From Prorocentrum cordatum (taxonomy: Eukaryota), in contig CAUYUJ010000126.1 in assembly GCA_963575745.1 (NCBI GenBank), positions 372,001 through 436,000 of the forward strand: a stretch of 64,000 bases of DNA, written 5' to 3'. Shown piece after piece: positions 38,561-48,056 of the stretch. Under the pieces are notes generated by a model. The model was not told the origin of the DNA and ran no database searches. It saw only the letters and a program-made list of their open reading frames with translations. The position numbers were made by a program, and so were the translations under genes. How positions within the stretch are numbered: position 1 is the stretch's first letter; every line of letters starts with the position of its first letter.

Positions 38561-38883
38561 ACGTGAGTGATCGAGCGAGTGAACGTGCGAAGGCAGAAGA
38601 GGAGAGGGGGTGAGGTGACAGGACTGCGCGGGGTGTCCGGAGAAAGCAAGAACCCTACTTAGGATGTGGGGAAAAAACAAAACATGGAGAGAGAGAGAGA
38701 GAGATAGATGGGGAGAAAGAGAGAGAGAGAGAGGGAGAGGGAGAGAGAGGCAGAGAGAGAGGGAGAAACGAGAGAGAGATAGAGAGGGGAGACACAGACA
38801 GAGAATGACAAGGTCATGATGGCCCCGACCGCCGAGCCCCCCGCGTCAGCGCCACGCGCTTGGCCAGCCGGCGCTCGGCGAAC
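2343..38883 (-). CDS. ESF2: ESF2/ABT1 family pre-rRNA processing protein, partial spliced gene model (6 exons found; 5' exons and final 3' exons not identified)
   Basis: Exons 38883-38845, 16987-16955, 5614-5588, 5092-5046, 4072-4027 and 2394-2343 join in frame to (E)FAERRLAKRVALTLNGTTIGGRKRHNYYRDDMWNIRYLPRFKWHQLKEGSIYNRQVRKARLQQRISQARRENDFYLERVEQ. This matches the ESF2/ABT1 signature (AKRVAxxLNGxxIGGKKR..DDxWNIKYLPxFKWxxL..RL..ISQAKRENxFY) as recalled from family knowledge. All acceptors are AG|G. Confidence 0.93.
2852..3964. mobile_element. Non-autonomous TIR element (~1.1 kb) in an ESF2 intron; shorter related copy at ~1938-2305
   Basis: Inverted termini AAGGGGCCCCAGGACACA ... TGTGTCCTGGGGCCCCTT. 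The internal block gagatgcccctggccaggagg-(purine tract) is shared with ~2135-2240. No exact TSD seen. Confidence 0.65.
4027..4072 (-). CDS. ESF2: ESF2/ABT1 exon (SIYNRQVRKARLQQR)
   Basis: 46 nt; acceptor ccag|G; a non-canonical donor AG|ga is needed to keep frame with the next exon. Confidence 0.9.
5046..5092 (-). CDS. ESF2: ESF2/ABT1 exon (NIRYLPRFKWHQLKEG)
   Basis: 47 nt; acceptor tgag|G, donor G|gt. Confidence 0.94.
5588..5614 (-). CDS. ESF2: ESF2/ABT1 exon (HNYYRDDMW)
   Basis: 27 nt; acceptor gcag|G, donor TG|gt. Confidence 0.92.
6390..6594. mobile_element. MITE-like element (~200 bp) with ~35-bp imperfect TIRs and internal palindromes
   Basis: Left gatggggcccgaatagatgaggtcggaggaccg versus the reverse complement of the right end, gatggggtccgagttgatggggtcggaagaccg. 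Internal gcatcgccgatgcatcggcgatgc palindromes at 6431-6454 and 6528-6555. Confidence 0.7.
6793..6975. mobile_element. Possible hAT-type MITE
   Basis: Ends cagggctcccaact / agttggagcccct; internal ttcgcg/cgcgaa repeats; no TSD found. Confidence 0.4.
7050..8935. repeat. ~60-bp satellite in fold-back arrangement (orientation flips near 7715)
   Basis: Unit ~ctcagcttcagaatcctctctaactccaggaattcgctttcaaattcctcgccaactccc; reverse-complement units at 7050-7710, forward units at 7720-8935. Confidence 0.9.
9869..11810 (-). pseudogene. Tyrosine recombinase with N-terminal extension, disrupted
   Basis: LARRKNR, CWC..TCPVHAL, YGT(R)SFRRGHAQ and AGDW....MRYLD in ORF 9869-10816. Upstream ORF 10845-11810 appears to be the N-terminal part of the same gene. 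Confidence 0.88.
11968..14300 (-). pseudogene. DIRS-type reverse transcriptase - RNase H, frameshifted
   Basis: KIRAVDDWSRSGAN, KADIDAA.RRLPV, LPFGSVASVHGWNR and YVDDFFG (alternative frame near 13040); RNase H motifs LLADAA, IMALELAAV, S(G)NVGA and EANVADLPSR. Confidence 0.9.
15063..15432. repeat. Continuation of the ~60-bp satellite interrupted by the YR retrotransposon
   Basis: Same unit and orientation as 7720-8935. Confidence 0.9.
15600..16200. repeat. Degenerate ~115-bp tandem repeat, AT-richer
   Basis: Recurring cctcgcggaatgccagaagctcc-like motif near 15628, 15741, 15861, 15983 and 16165. Confidence 0.55.
16955..16987 (-). CDS. ESF2: ESF2/ABT1 exon (LNGTTIGGRKR)
   Basis: 33 nt; acceptor cgag|G, donor AG|gc. 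Confidence 0.92.
17440..18960. repeat. Element with inverted C-rich/G-rich ends enclosing a CCCACTGTC-type minisatellite
   Basis: ggggggtcactac at ~17605 and ~17652 versus gtagtgaccccccc at ~18655; central ccactgtcc repeats at 17710-18650. Confidence 0.7.
19000..20960. repeat. 'cccaagacggccc' dispersed repeat family with an embedded 12-bp minisatellite (gcggatccctat)n at ~19900-20290
   Basis: Tandem periodicity visible directly; motifs shared with 1-220. Confidence 0.75.
21830..22340. repeat. ~62-bp tandem repeat, ~8 copies
   Basis: Unit cacggattgagggcgggt..ttttcaaaatgtggctctcgcc.tagcgccgcgcacattcg. Confidence 0.9.
22780..23775. repeat. (TCC)n / C-rich low-complexity tract
   Basis: Direct inspection. 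Confidence 0.95.
24627..26603. repeat. Long direct repeat pair (~870 bp each; ~24627-25494 and ~25741-26603)
   Basis: Both copies start acatctagattggccgaaaacggtcc and end gggcacgaagcggt; ~245-bp spacer. Confidence 0.88.
26640..27195. repeat. (TCC)n/(CTCC)n low-complexity tract
   Basis: Direct inspection. Confidence 0.95.
27696..27795. other. Assembly gap (N run)
   Basis: N bases. Confidence 1.
27900..32400 (-). pseudogene. LINE ORF2 APE endonuclease - RT - RNase H, multiply disrupted
   Basis: Motifs spread over ORFs 31823-32293, 31487-31735, 28977-31148, 28722-28955 and 28040-29080. Confidence 0.9.
32400..33841 (-). pseudogene. LINE ORF1 (zinc-finger-like motif, helical region), frameshifted near 33340
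   Basis: ORF-track pieces 33338-34039 and 32607-33341; likely start MAWRQFG at 33841. Confidence 0.65.
33975..34026 (-). other. Dinoflagellate spliced leader (22 nt) plus two tandem relict leaders
   Basis: The minus strand reads TCCGTAGCCATGTTGGCTCAAG (34026-34005; one mismatch to DCCGTAGCCATTTTGGCTCAAG), then CCATTTGGCTCAAG (34004-33991) and GCCGTTCTGGCCCAAG (33990-33975). Confidence 0.92.
34027..35510. repeat. Compound microsatellite (TCC)n-(CAT)n-(CAC)n-(TCGTCC)n-(TAT)n
   Basis: Direct inspection. Confidence 0.95.
35615..36010. repeat. Degenerate tandem repeat (~160-bp period, ~2.5-3 copies)
   Basis: ccgatgacccgcctcggatt.gaacatgaagtgcgggccccat and ctcgcaattcactca recur. Confidence 0.8.
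36114..38172 (-). mobile_element. 5'-truncated LINE of a second family (post-RT region plus RNase H) embedded in (GAT)n
   Basis: RNase H motifs VFLDGSA, RAGWAAC, QESGAGE, LFSD, KVKGH, QGNSCADARAKEGA in ORF 36610-37482; a Cys motif CPVDC..WACP upstream; (GAT)n on both flanks. Confidence 0.88.
38845..38883 (-). CDS. ESF2: ESF2/ABT1 exon ((E)FAERRLAKRVALT)
   Basis: 39 nt; acceptor cgag|G, donor AC|gc; phase fits the next exon. Confidence 0.9.
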
Positions 38884-39089
38884 CTCGGCGGGCCGCGGCG
38901 AGGGGTGCGCCCCAGGGCCGCGGCCGGGGGGCTTGGGATGCCGGCGGCGAGTGGTGCAGGCAGGTCTGGCACCGTTGAAGGAGAGAGCTTTGCAACAAGC
39001 GCTGGGGAGCCACTTCACACGACTCCCGTCCCGAACGCACCACTTGCCAATGTCAAGGTCGGGGGGGACGGAGTACCTTGATTATCTCC

Positions 39090-39990
39090 AGCTCGGTCGC
39101 TGGTGCTGTACAATTCTTATTCCAACCGGAAGACGTCGACGAAGGCAGACGAAGATCCGTTCAGAGCGAGATAGATCGGACATCTCCAAAAGCTGGCGGG
39201 CTTTTTTGCTTGACACCATGCATCCCTGCGTCTTGGGGGTCGCCCACACAGGACCTGAAAGTACAAGGCACCAGCCTCGCTGGACTCCTCCCGCCCCCTG
39301 CCCCCTCCCTTCCCAACGTACCCTGCCCCTGCCCTTCCTGAATCTCTTGAGGCGGCCCAAGACGGCCCAAGGTTCAGTAACAGTACAGCGCCTGGAGGTT
39401 CATGCCCCCTCAGCAGCATCTCATGCGTTCGAACGGAAGAGCGAGCGAGAGGCGAGCAGAGAGGCGTTTCACCCTGGACTCCTCGGAGTCCACAGTCTCT
39501 CGAGCTCGCACTGTACTCAGCCCACGACTTCGTAGATGCATCTGATATATGAAAAAAAGTTGCTCTCGCCGAACGGTTGTTCAACTAGAGTGTTTATAAC
39601 TCGCACGAAAAGTGTGGCGAAGTACTGGTGCTCCACAATTGTTCTTCCTAGCGAGAAGACTTCGACGAAGGCAAGACGAAGTCCGTTCAGAGCGAGAAAT
39701 ATCGGACATCTCCAAAAGCTGGCGGGCCAGCGCCTGGAGGTTCCTGCGCCCAGGATGGAGGTTCCTGCCCCCTCAGCAGCATCTCGTGCATTCGCACGGA
39801 ATGGCGAGCGAGAGGCGAGCAGAGAGACGTTTCACCCCGGACTCCTCTGAGTCCACAGTCTCTCGAGCTCGCACTGTACTACGCCCACGACCCCGTGGAT
39901 GCATCTGACGTATGAACCGTCGAGCGGTCGTTCAACCATAAAACCAACCACGAAGGTATTCTCGCCGAGCGGTCGTTCAACCGTAAAGTC
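39090..39990. repeat. Local duplicated segments (~350-530-bp offsets)
   Basis: tggtgct..acaatt.tt..tcc..gaagac.tcgacgaaggcagacgaag..ccgttcagagcgaga..atcggacatctccaaaagctggcgggc appears twice (39100, 39627); ttcaccc.ggactcctc.gagtccacagtctctcgagctcgcactgtact appears twice. Confidence 0.8.
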
Positions 39991-40784
39991 TACACATCGC
40001 ACAAGAACTATACCGTAGTGACATTATAAACTAGTTATGGCTGCGAAGAAACCGGGCATCTGCGGCACGTGCAGCGATAATAATAGCCGCAAGATGGAGA
40101 GACCCAGAAAAAGTTCCAAGCAGCGCACAGCGCGAGAAGGGAATTCGTGCCGAGGTCCAGGCTTCCTCGCCACAAGCTCGGCCCAGACGGGTACGGCGTC
40201 GAATTCGAGAGAGTGCTCGGAGGCCCACGGCAGATCTAAAGCGTCGTATTACTTCGAGCATGCGCGTTTTAGAACAGCCGAGGGCGACCAGAATGCACAT
40301 GGAACGCAGAGCGGGGAGGGGAGCGCTGAGCGAGGGCCGCAATCAGGACGGCCTCCTCCCCTCCCTGAAACTCAAACCAGGGGCCAGGGCAAAGACACCC
40401 TTCTGCTCGCATCTGGAAGGATGAAGAGGAAGAGCACATGTGGAAGACGAAGGCAGGGACAGGTATGAGAGAGAGGTATATATATATACATAGATGTATA
40501 TATAGACATGTGGCACGTTTGTGTTTGAAGCAGGAAGACACCATGACGGCGGCATCGGAGGTGGAGAAGGGGAAGCTGGGGCGGCGCCGCCAGGGCGTGC
40601 CTAAGAGAAGGGGACGAGGAGAAGGATAGCTGCTGGGAGTGAACTGCAATAGCGAGGTCGCACTCGAGCGAAAGTGGGGTTGTCACACCTTGCGATGTGT
40701 GTACCAGGGCCCCCCAGGAATCCTCAGGAGGCCCGACTTGGTTACCCGAAGAGACTCCAGGAGGCCCTAGGATTGTGAGTGTTG

Positions 40785-41141
40785 TGTGGGTGTGGGTGTG
40801 GGTGTGGGTGTGGGTGTGGGTGTGGGTGTGGGTGTGGGTGTGTGGGTGTGTGGGTGTGTGGGTGTGTGGGTGTGTGGGTGTGTGGGTGTGGGTGTGTGGG
40901 TGTGTGGGTGTGTGGGTGTGTGGGTGTGTGGGTGTGTGGGTGTGTGGGTGTGTGGGTGTGTGGGTGTGTGGGTGTGTGGGTGTGTGGGTGTGTGGGTGTG
41001 TGGGTGTGTGGGTGTGTGGGTGTGTGGGTGTGTGGGTGTGTGGGTGTGTGGGTGTGTGGGTGTGTGGTGTGTGTGGTGTGTGTGGTGTGTGTGGTGTGTG
41101 TGGTGTGTGTGTGTGTGTGTGGTGTGTGTGTGTTGTGTGTG

Positions 41142-41180
<39 letters not shown>

Positions 41181-41227
41181 GTGTGTGTTGTGTGTGTTGT
41201 GTGTGTGTTGTGTGTGTGTTGTGTGTG

Positions 41228-41270
<43 letters not shown>

Positions 41271-41329
41271 GTGTGTGTGTTTGTGTGTGTTGTGTGTGTT
41301 GTGTGTGTTGTGTGTGTTGTGTTGTGTTG

Positions 41330-41364
<35 letters not shown>

Positions 41365-41440
41365 GTTGTGTGTGTGTGTGTTTGTGTGTTTGTGTGTGTT
41401 GTGTGTGTTGTGTGTGTGTGTGTTGTGTGTGTTGTGTGTG

Positions 41441-41473
<33 letters not shown>

Positions 41474-41542
41474 GTGTGTGTTGTTGTGTTGTGTGTGTTG
41501 TTGTGTGTGTGTGTGTGTTGTGTGTGTTGTGTGTTGTGTGTG

Positions 41543-41627
<85 letters not shown>

Positions 41628-41930
41628 GTGTGTGTGTGTGTTGTGTGTGTGTTGTGTGTGTGTGTGTGTGTGTGTGTGTTGGGTGTGTTGTGTCTGTTGT
41701 GTGTGTGTTGTGTGTGTTGTGTGTGTTGTGTGTGTTGTGTGTGTGTTGTGTGTGTTGTGTGTGTGTGTTGTGTGCGTGTGTTGTGTGCGTGTGTTGTGTG
41801 CGTGTGTTGTGTGCGTGTGTTGTGTGCGTGTGTTGTGTGCGTGTGCGTGTGCGTGTGCGTGTGCGTGTGCGTGTGCGTGTGCGTGTGCGTGTGCGTGTGC
41901 GTGTGCGTGTGCGTGTGCGTGTGCGTGTGC

Positions 41931-41969
<39 letters not shown>

Positions 41970-42000
41970 TGTGTGTGTGTATGTGTGTGATGTGTGCTCT
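40785..42000. repeat. Compound (GT)n-type microsatellite
   Basis: (GGGTGT)n, (GGGTGTGT)n, (GT)n, (GCGTGT)n. Confidence 0.97.
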
Positions 42001-43199
42001 GTGTTGTGCGTGTTTCCTGTGCGTTGTAGATGTCGTGTGTGCTATGTTTGTCTAGCGTGTGATGTGTTGGGTGTGATTTGCCTCTCTGTGTGCGCATGTA
42101 CTTCTGAAGCGCTAGGGGCCCCAGGAGGCCCCTGGCGGCCTCAGGAAACCCCAGGAGACCCCAGGAGGCTCCAGGAAACCCCAAGAGGCCGCAGGAGGCC
42201 CCAGGAGGCCCCAGGAGGTTCCAGGAGACTCCCCGGGGCGGGGTCTGGGGTACCAGAAGGTACAGAAAGCCCCAGGAGGCCCCAGGAAGTTCCAGGAGGC
42301 CCCCAGGAGGCTCCGAAGCGGGGTCTGGGGTACCAAAAGGTACGTCGGGGCTCGATGTTGGAAGGTTGTCTCAGGCGAAACAGCCATTATCTGAGAATCG
42401 GGGTCAAAACCATTGAAAGTACTGTGTGTGTTTGAAGGTTGTATGTAAAAATGTTGAAATCCCCATGCGTTTTTGGACCCTGACGTCACGATTTGTGTGA
42501 GGGGCGCCACCGATTTGCAGAATGTCGAGAATATCCCTAGCGAAGCGCCCAGACAAATCGCGAACGATGCGGCGCGTACGCACCAATCGCCTCTGAGCTC
42601 TACTCCCTCGGAGAGGCGCGTATGAATATATATATATATATATATATGTATACCAGAACCACGCGCGCGCTTAGGTTCAAGTCGCACTTGCGTCCAGTCT
42701 TAACATTGGCAATGTCGCCACGGCTACGACTTCTTTTTGCGCCATCACCGCGTCCACGATCACTTCCGATTCCATGCCCATTCTGGGCATGACCACCTTT
42801 TTCCACGACGATTGCACTTTCCGCGACCATTGTAACGGCCATGCGTTCAATCTCCGCCTGTACCACCACCAATACCACGACCATTTCCACTGCCACTGCC
42901 GCGACCACCACGACCACCATCATCACCACCACGGCCAGTGCCACCGCGTCTACCATCGCAATCATCAGTAACACCACGATCGGCGCGCGAACTGCAGTCA
43001 TCTCCACCTGGACACCATCCGGGGCTGTCCTGGGTGAGGAGAGAAAGGTCGGCACGCCCGCCTTGGGGTCGGGTTGCCACCATCCTTTTTTGGTGGGCCT
43101 GGGGCCGGTTCAGGGACACCGGTGGCCGAGAACGGCCTGAGGAAGCGAAGAGTTGCCTGGAAGCTTCGGGAGCGGCAAAAGTACCCGAGGGCGTCCGGT

Positions 43200-44100
43200 C
43201 AGAGGGTTGCGTGGGGCCTCTTGGGGGCCTCTCGGGGGTATGTTGGAAGGTTCTTGGAAGCCTGCAAGGCCGCTAGGGGGCCCCCTCTGGGGGCCTCTCG
43301 GGGCCGAAGGCCACATCGTAAAAACAAATGAAAAGCAACGATTTTGGCCTCGTGAGGCCATCTCGGGTCGCCTCTCGGAGTTCTCTGGGGGGAATTTTGG
43401 AGGCCTGTGGGGCTGTTTGGGGGCCTCCTGGGCGCCTCTTGGGGCTCCTGGGGGCCCGAGGGCCCCCACAGTCCATTCGGGTCCTCCCCGTCTTGGGGGC
43501 CTCTTGGGCCGTCTTGGGCGGCTCTTGGGCCGTCTTGCGGGCGCGCTTGGGGGTCCCTGGGCTGTCTTGGAACTCTCTTGGGCCGTCCTGGGGCTCCCTT
43601 CGGGTCCTCTTGGGCTGTTTTGGGGCCCCCTCTGGGGGCCTCCAGGGCCGTCTTGGAGCGTCGGAAAACTGGAAAAGCGAGACAGCAAAAAACATTTGAC
43701 AAACACCTGAAAATTAACGATTTTGGCCTCGCGAGGCCATCTTGGAACGCCTCTCGAAGCTCTCCGGGGGGGTATCTTGGAGGCCTCTGGGGCTGCTTGG
43801 GGGCCTCCTGGGCGCCTCTTGGGGCTCCTGGGAGCTTCTTGGGGCCGAGGGCCCGCACAGTCCATTCGGGTCCTCCCCGTTTCGGGGCCTCTTGGGCCGT
43901 CTTGGAACCCGCGGGGGGGGGCCTCCTGCGCCGTCTAGAAGCGCTCTTGGGCCGTCATGGGGCTTCATTGGGGCCCTGTTAAACCGTTTTGGTGAAGCGC
44001 CGGAAAGCGGGAAAAGCGAGAAAGCAAAAAAACATAACAAACAATGAAAATCAACGATTTTGGCCTCGTGAGGCCATCTTGAAACGCCTCTCGGAGTTCT
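43200..44100. repeat. ~340-390-bp tandem units of the 'cccaagacggccc' family, reverse orientation
   Basis: aacgattttggcctcg.gaggccatct recurs at ~43337, ~43716 and ~44053. Confidence 0.8.
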
Positions 44101-44174
44101 GCATCTACTGCATGGAGTAATTGAAATTACCAGCGCCCCCCGAACTACAGCTGACGGAAGAGAAGGAGGGGCGT

Positions 44175-44400
44175 GACGCCCCAGATCACCTAGGAGCGAA
44201 ATGCCCCCAGCCAGACGCGGGGCGAAATGCTCCAGGGGGGCGGAGTGCCCCAGATCATACAGGGGCGAAATGCTCGAGTCAGATACGGGGCGAAATGCTT
44301 CTTCAAGGGGCGCAATGCCCCAGATCCCGCAGGGGCGAAATGCTCCAGATCACGCGGGGGCGAAATTCTCCAGCCAGATACACGGCGAAATGCTCAAGGA
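44175..44400. repeat. Short ~30-bp repeat array (cagat...ggggcgaaatgctc), possibly subterminal to the 44-54 kb block
   Basis: About 8 copies of gcgaaatgc-like cores. Confidence 0.75.
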
Positions 44401-45039
44401 AGCGTAAAACTCAAACCAGTCGGAGGCGAAACAATCCCAGGCCAACGAGGGACCTCCAGGGGAGCACAGCACGACCGTTTGATCCATATCCTGGTCCTTT
44501 TTCCGCTTCCGCGGTTCGTTCCTCTGTCGTGCTCCGCCCCCTCTTCTTGTCTTCCTCTCTCCGTCGCCCCCGCCTGCTCGCCCCTCCTTCCTCGCCCGCG
44601 TTTTTTTTTTGGCGTTGCAGCCCATTATGGCCCGAGCCTGCCTCGACGCAGAACTCGCGGCGCAGCTTCCACGCGCCCGCGCGGCAGCAATGCCGATGAT
44701 GTTCCACCTCGCCCCCTGGTGCGCCGCCAAGGCGCAGCCCCCCTTCCTCGACAAACACAACGCCGACGGCGGTTCAGCGGGGCGCGGTGTGCGACGGGGT
44801 AATCGGTGTCGCGCCCCGTTTCAACCTGGAGGCTCTCGTGACCTCCAGAACTGCCTCCACTCCTTACCCCGCGAGCGGTTCCACTGGGCCTGCGACAAAC
44901 AAGACTTCGACGCCCAGGTGGTCCGCGAGATCGGCGGGGACGCGCGGAGCATGGCCACGGACGCTCCTGCGGCGCGGGCAGCGAGGCTCCTGCAACCAAA
45001 AACAACAGCACACGCACACACCAAACACTAAACAACAAA

Positions 45040-47900
45040 CGTGACAGAGAACCACGAGCTCAAAGAAGCAGCCGCGCTTGATGAAACAACGTACGTTGTT
45101 ACCGCCCTCCACGTTTTTCTGGCCGCGACGCCTAGGATTCCTTCGACAAAACGGACCCTGCCGCAACCGACGCGCGCATCCCCGCCGCCGCCAGCCCGGG
45201 CGAGAGCCGCGAACTCAATGAAACAGCCGTACTTGATGGGGGAAAAAACATCGCCACTACCCCCCGTGTGAAAAGTGTCGCGGGACTGTAGATTCCTTCG
45301 GAAAAATAGCCACCGCCGCAACCGACGCGCGCGCCCCGACCATCAGAGGCCCGAGCGAAAGCCAAGAGCTCAATGAAGCAGCCGTGCTTGATGGAAAACC
45401 AAAAAAACGTCGTCACCGCCCTCCCTGTTTCTCTGGCCGCGACACCTTGGATTCCTTCGACAGAAAGGCCGCTGCCGCAATCGACGCGCGCCTCCCGACC
45501 GCCGGCGACCCGAACGAGAGCCGCGAGTAAAGCAGCCGTGCTTGCTGAAAGAAACACATCGTTACCGCCCTCTTTGTTTTTTTGGCCGCGATGCCCTGGA
45601 ATCCTTGGGCAAAACGGACCACGGCCGCAACCGACGCGCGCGCCCGCGCCGCCAGAGACCCGAACGAAAGCCACGAGCTCAATAAAGCAGCCGTGTTTGA
45701 TGAAAAAAACACATCGTTACTGCCCTCCGTGCATTCGTAGGCGCGAGACTGTGGATTCCTTCGGCGGAAACGGCCGCGGCCGCAACCGACGCGCGCACCC
45801 CGACCGCCAGGGGCCCGAACGACAGCCACCAGCTCAATGAAGCAGCCGTGCTTGATTTAAAAACGTACATTGTTACCTCTCCTTGTTTCTCTGGCCGCGA
45901 CACCTTGGATTCTTTGGGCAGAAAGGCCGCTGCCGCAATCGACGCGCGCCCCCCGACCTCCGGCGACCCGAACGAGAGCCACGAGCTCACTAAAGCAACC
46001 GTGCTTGGTTGGAAAAAATAACATCGTTACCGCCCCCCTTGTTTTTCTGGCCGCGATATTTCGGATTCCTTACGCAAAACGGACTACTGCCGCAACCGGC
46101 GCGCGCGGCTCGACCGCCAGAGACCTCCTGCAAACGACAACAGCGCGCACACACCAACACAAACCACAACAACATAAACTGCGAGGCTCTTGCATCTCGC
46201 CATCCAGACAACTGCGCTGCACGGGTCCGCAAAAGGTCGGCTTCTTCTCGGTGGATGGCACCAATATGTCCTACTGCCACATCGGGGGCGTATCCATCCA
46301 GTCGCGGCGCAAGTCGGCGCTCGCGGGAAACTACGCGCGTTCTTTCATCACCCGAGAACGCCACGTCCGCATCGCCGCGGAGTCAGGCGAGGTGATGGGC
46401 CCGAAACAGGCGTCGCTTTACTCTGGCGTGAACAAGGCTGGCCAAGATCTGGAGCGCTCCGTGGCCCACGCCGACTACGGCGTCGTCCCATGTAGCCCCC
46501 GTGGCGTCAATATATGTTGTTATGACGACATCACTGACGACGCCCCGTACGACGCCATGAAGTCCGCGCCCGCGCGGGCAGATTCCGACGCGCAGGCCGC
46601 GGCCGAGCACGCGATCGAGCGCGCGAAGAGGCGCGGCGCGCCTGAGCCCAACGACGTCTCGATCGCAATCGGCGCCGTCGGGGCTTGGCGACAGGGCGAA
46701 TGTCATCAAGAATGCCTTCCTCACCCTCCTTGTCTTCCACCTCCTCCATCGCCCCCGCCCCCACCTCGCTCTCGCCCTCGTCATCGCCCTCCCCTGCCCC
46801 ATCCTCCTCCTCCTCGCCCTCCTCGCCCCCCCCCTCCCTCCGCCCCCGTCGACCTCCTGTCCTTCCACCTGAAGATGCAAGGGCCAATGCCGCGGACCGC
46901 GCGTGCATCTCGACCGCCAGGGGCCCGAGCGAGAGCCACGAGCTCAATGACGCAGCCGTGATTGATGAAAACACACATCGTCACCGCTCCCCGCGCTACT
47001 CTGGCCGCGACACCTTGGATTCCTTACGCAGAAAGGCCGCTGCCGCAACCGACGCGCGCCTCCCGACCGCCAGAGACCCGAACGAGAGCCACGAACTCAA
47101 TGAAACAACCGTGCTCGATGAAACCCACACGCACATCGTTACCGCCCTCCTTGTTTTTCTGGCCGCGACACCTTGGACTCCTCGCGCAAACGGACCGCTG
47201 CCGCAACCGACGCGCGCGCCCACCGCCAGCGACCCGAACGAGAGCCACGAGCTCAATAAAGCAGCCGTGCTCGATGGACACATCGTTACCGCCCTCCGTG
47301 TCTCTCTGGCCGCGACACCTTGGAACCCTTGCGCAAACTGATCACTGCCGCAACCGACGCGTTCATCCCGACCGCCAGAGACTCGAACGAGAGCCACGAG
47401 CTCAATCGCGCAGCCGTGCTTGATGAAAAAAACACATCGTCACCGCCCTCCGTGTCTCTCTGGCCGCGACACCTTGGATTCCCCGCGCAAGCGGACCACT
47501 GCCGTCACCGACGCGCGCGCCCCCACCGCCGGCGACCCGAACGAGAGCCACGAGCTCAATAAAGCAGCCGTGGTTATTCTTTTGAAGAAAAAACGTCACC
47601 GCGGCGCTTCTTGTTTTTCTGGCCGCGACACCTTGGAACCCTTGCGCAAACTGACCACTGCCGCAACCGACGCGTGCATCCCGACCGCCAGAGACCCGAA
47701 CGAGAGCCACGAGCTCAATCGAGCAGCCGTGCTTGATGAAAACACACACACACACATACACACACACACACACACCGTCACCGCCCTCCGTGTCTTTCTG
47801 GCCGCGACACCATGGAATCCTTAAGCAAATCGCCCACCGCCGCAACCGGCACTTTTGCCGCGACCGCTTGAGGTCCTGAAGAGACCCGCCGGCGAAATCG
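45040..47900. repeat. Two arrays of a ~120-bp tandem repeat (45040-46130 and 46890-47900) separated by a coding-like segment
   Basis: Unit gagccacgagctcaat.aagcagccgtgcttgatg..acacatcg.taccgccctcc..ctggccgcgacaccttgga..gccgcaaccgacgcgcgc. Confidence 0.9.
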
Positions 47901-47972
47901 AGCAGCCGTAGCTGCTCAGAAACATGCTGTAGCAGCCGGACGCGCCGCGGGATCCTGGGCTCCGACAGACGC

Positions 47973-47988
47973 GCCATTTTGGCTCAAG
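47973..47988 (+). other. Relict spliced leader upstream of the helicase ORF
   Basis: GCCATTTTGGCTCAAG, an exact match to the 3' 16 nt of the dinoflagellate SL, ~70 nt before ATG 48057. Confidence 0.85.
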
Positions 47989-48056
47989 GCGTCTGTCGCT
48001 CCTGCGGGCAACAGGCGCGCTGACGTTAACGCCCTCCCCTGCAAGGCTTCCAAGCG

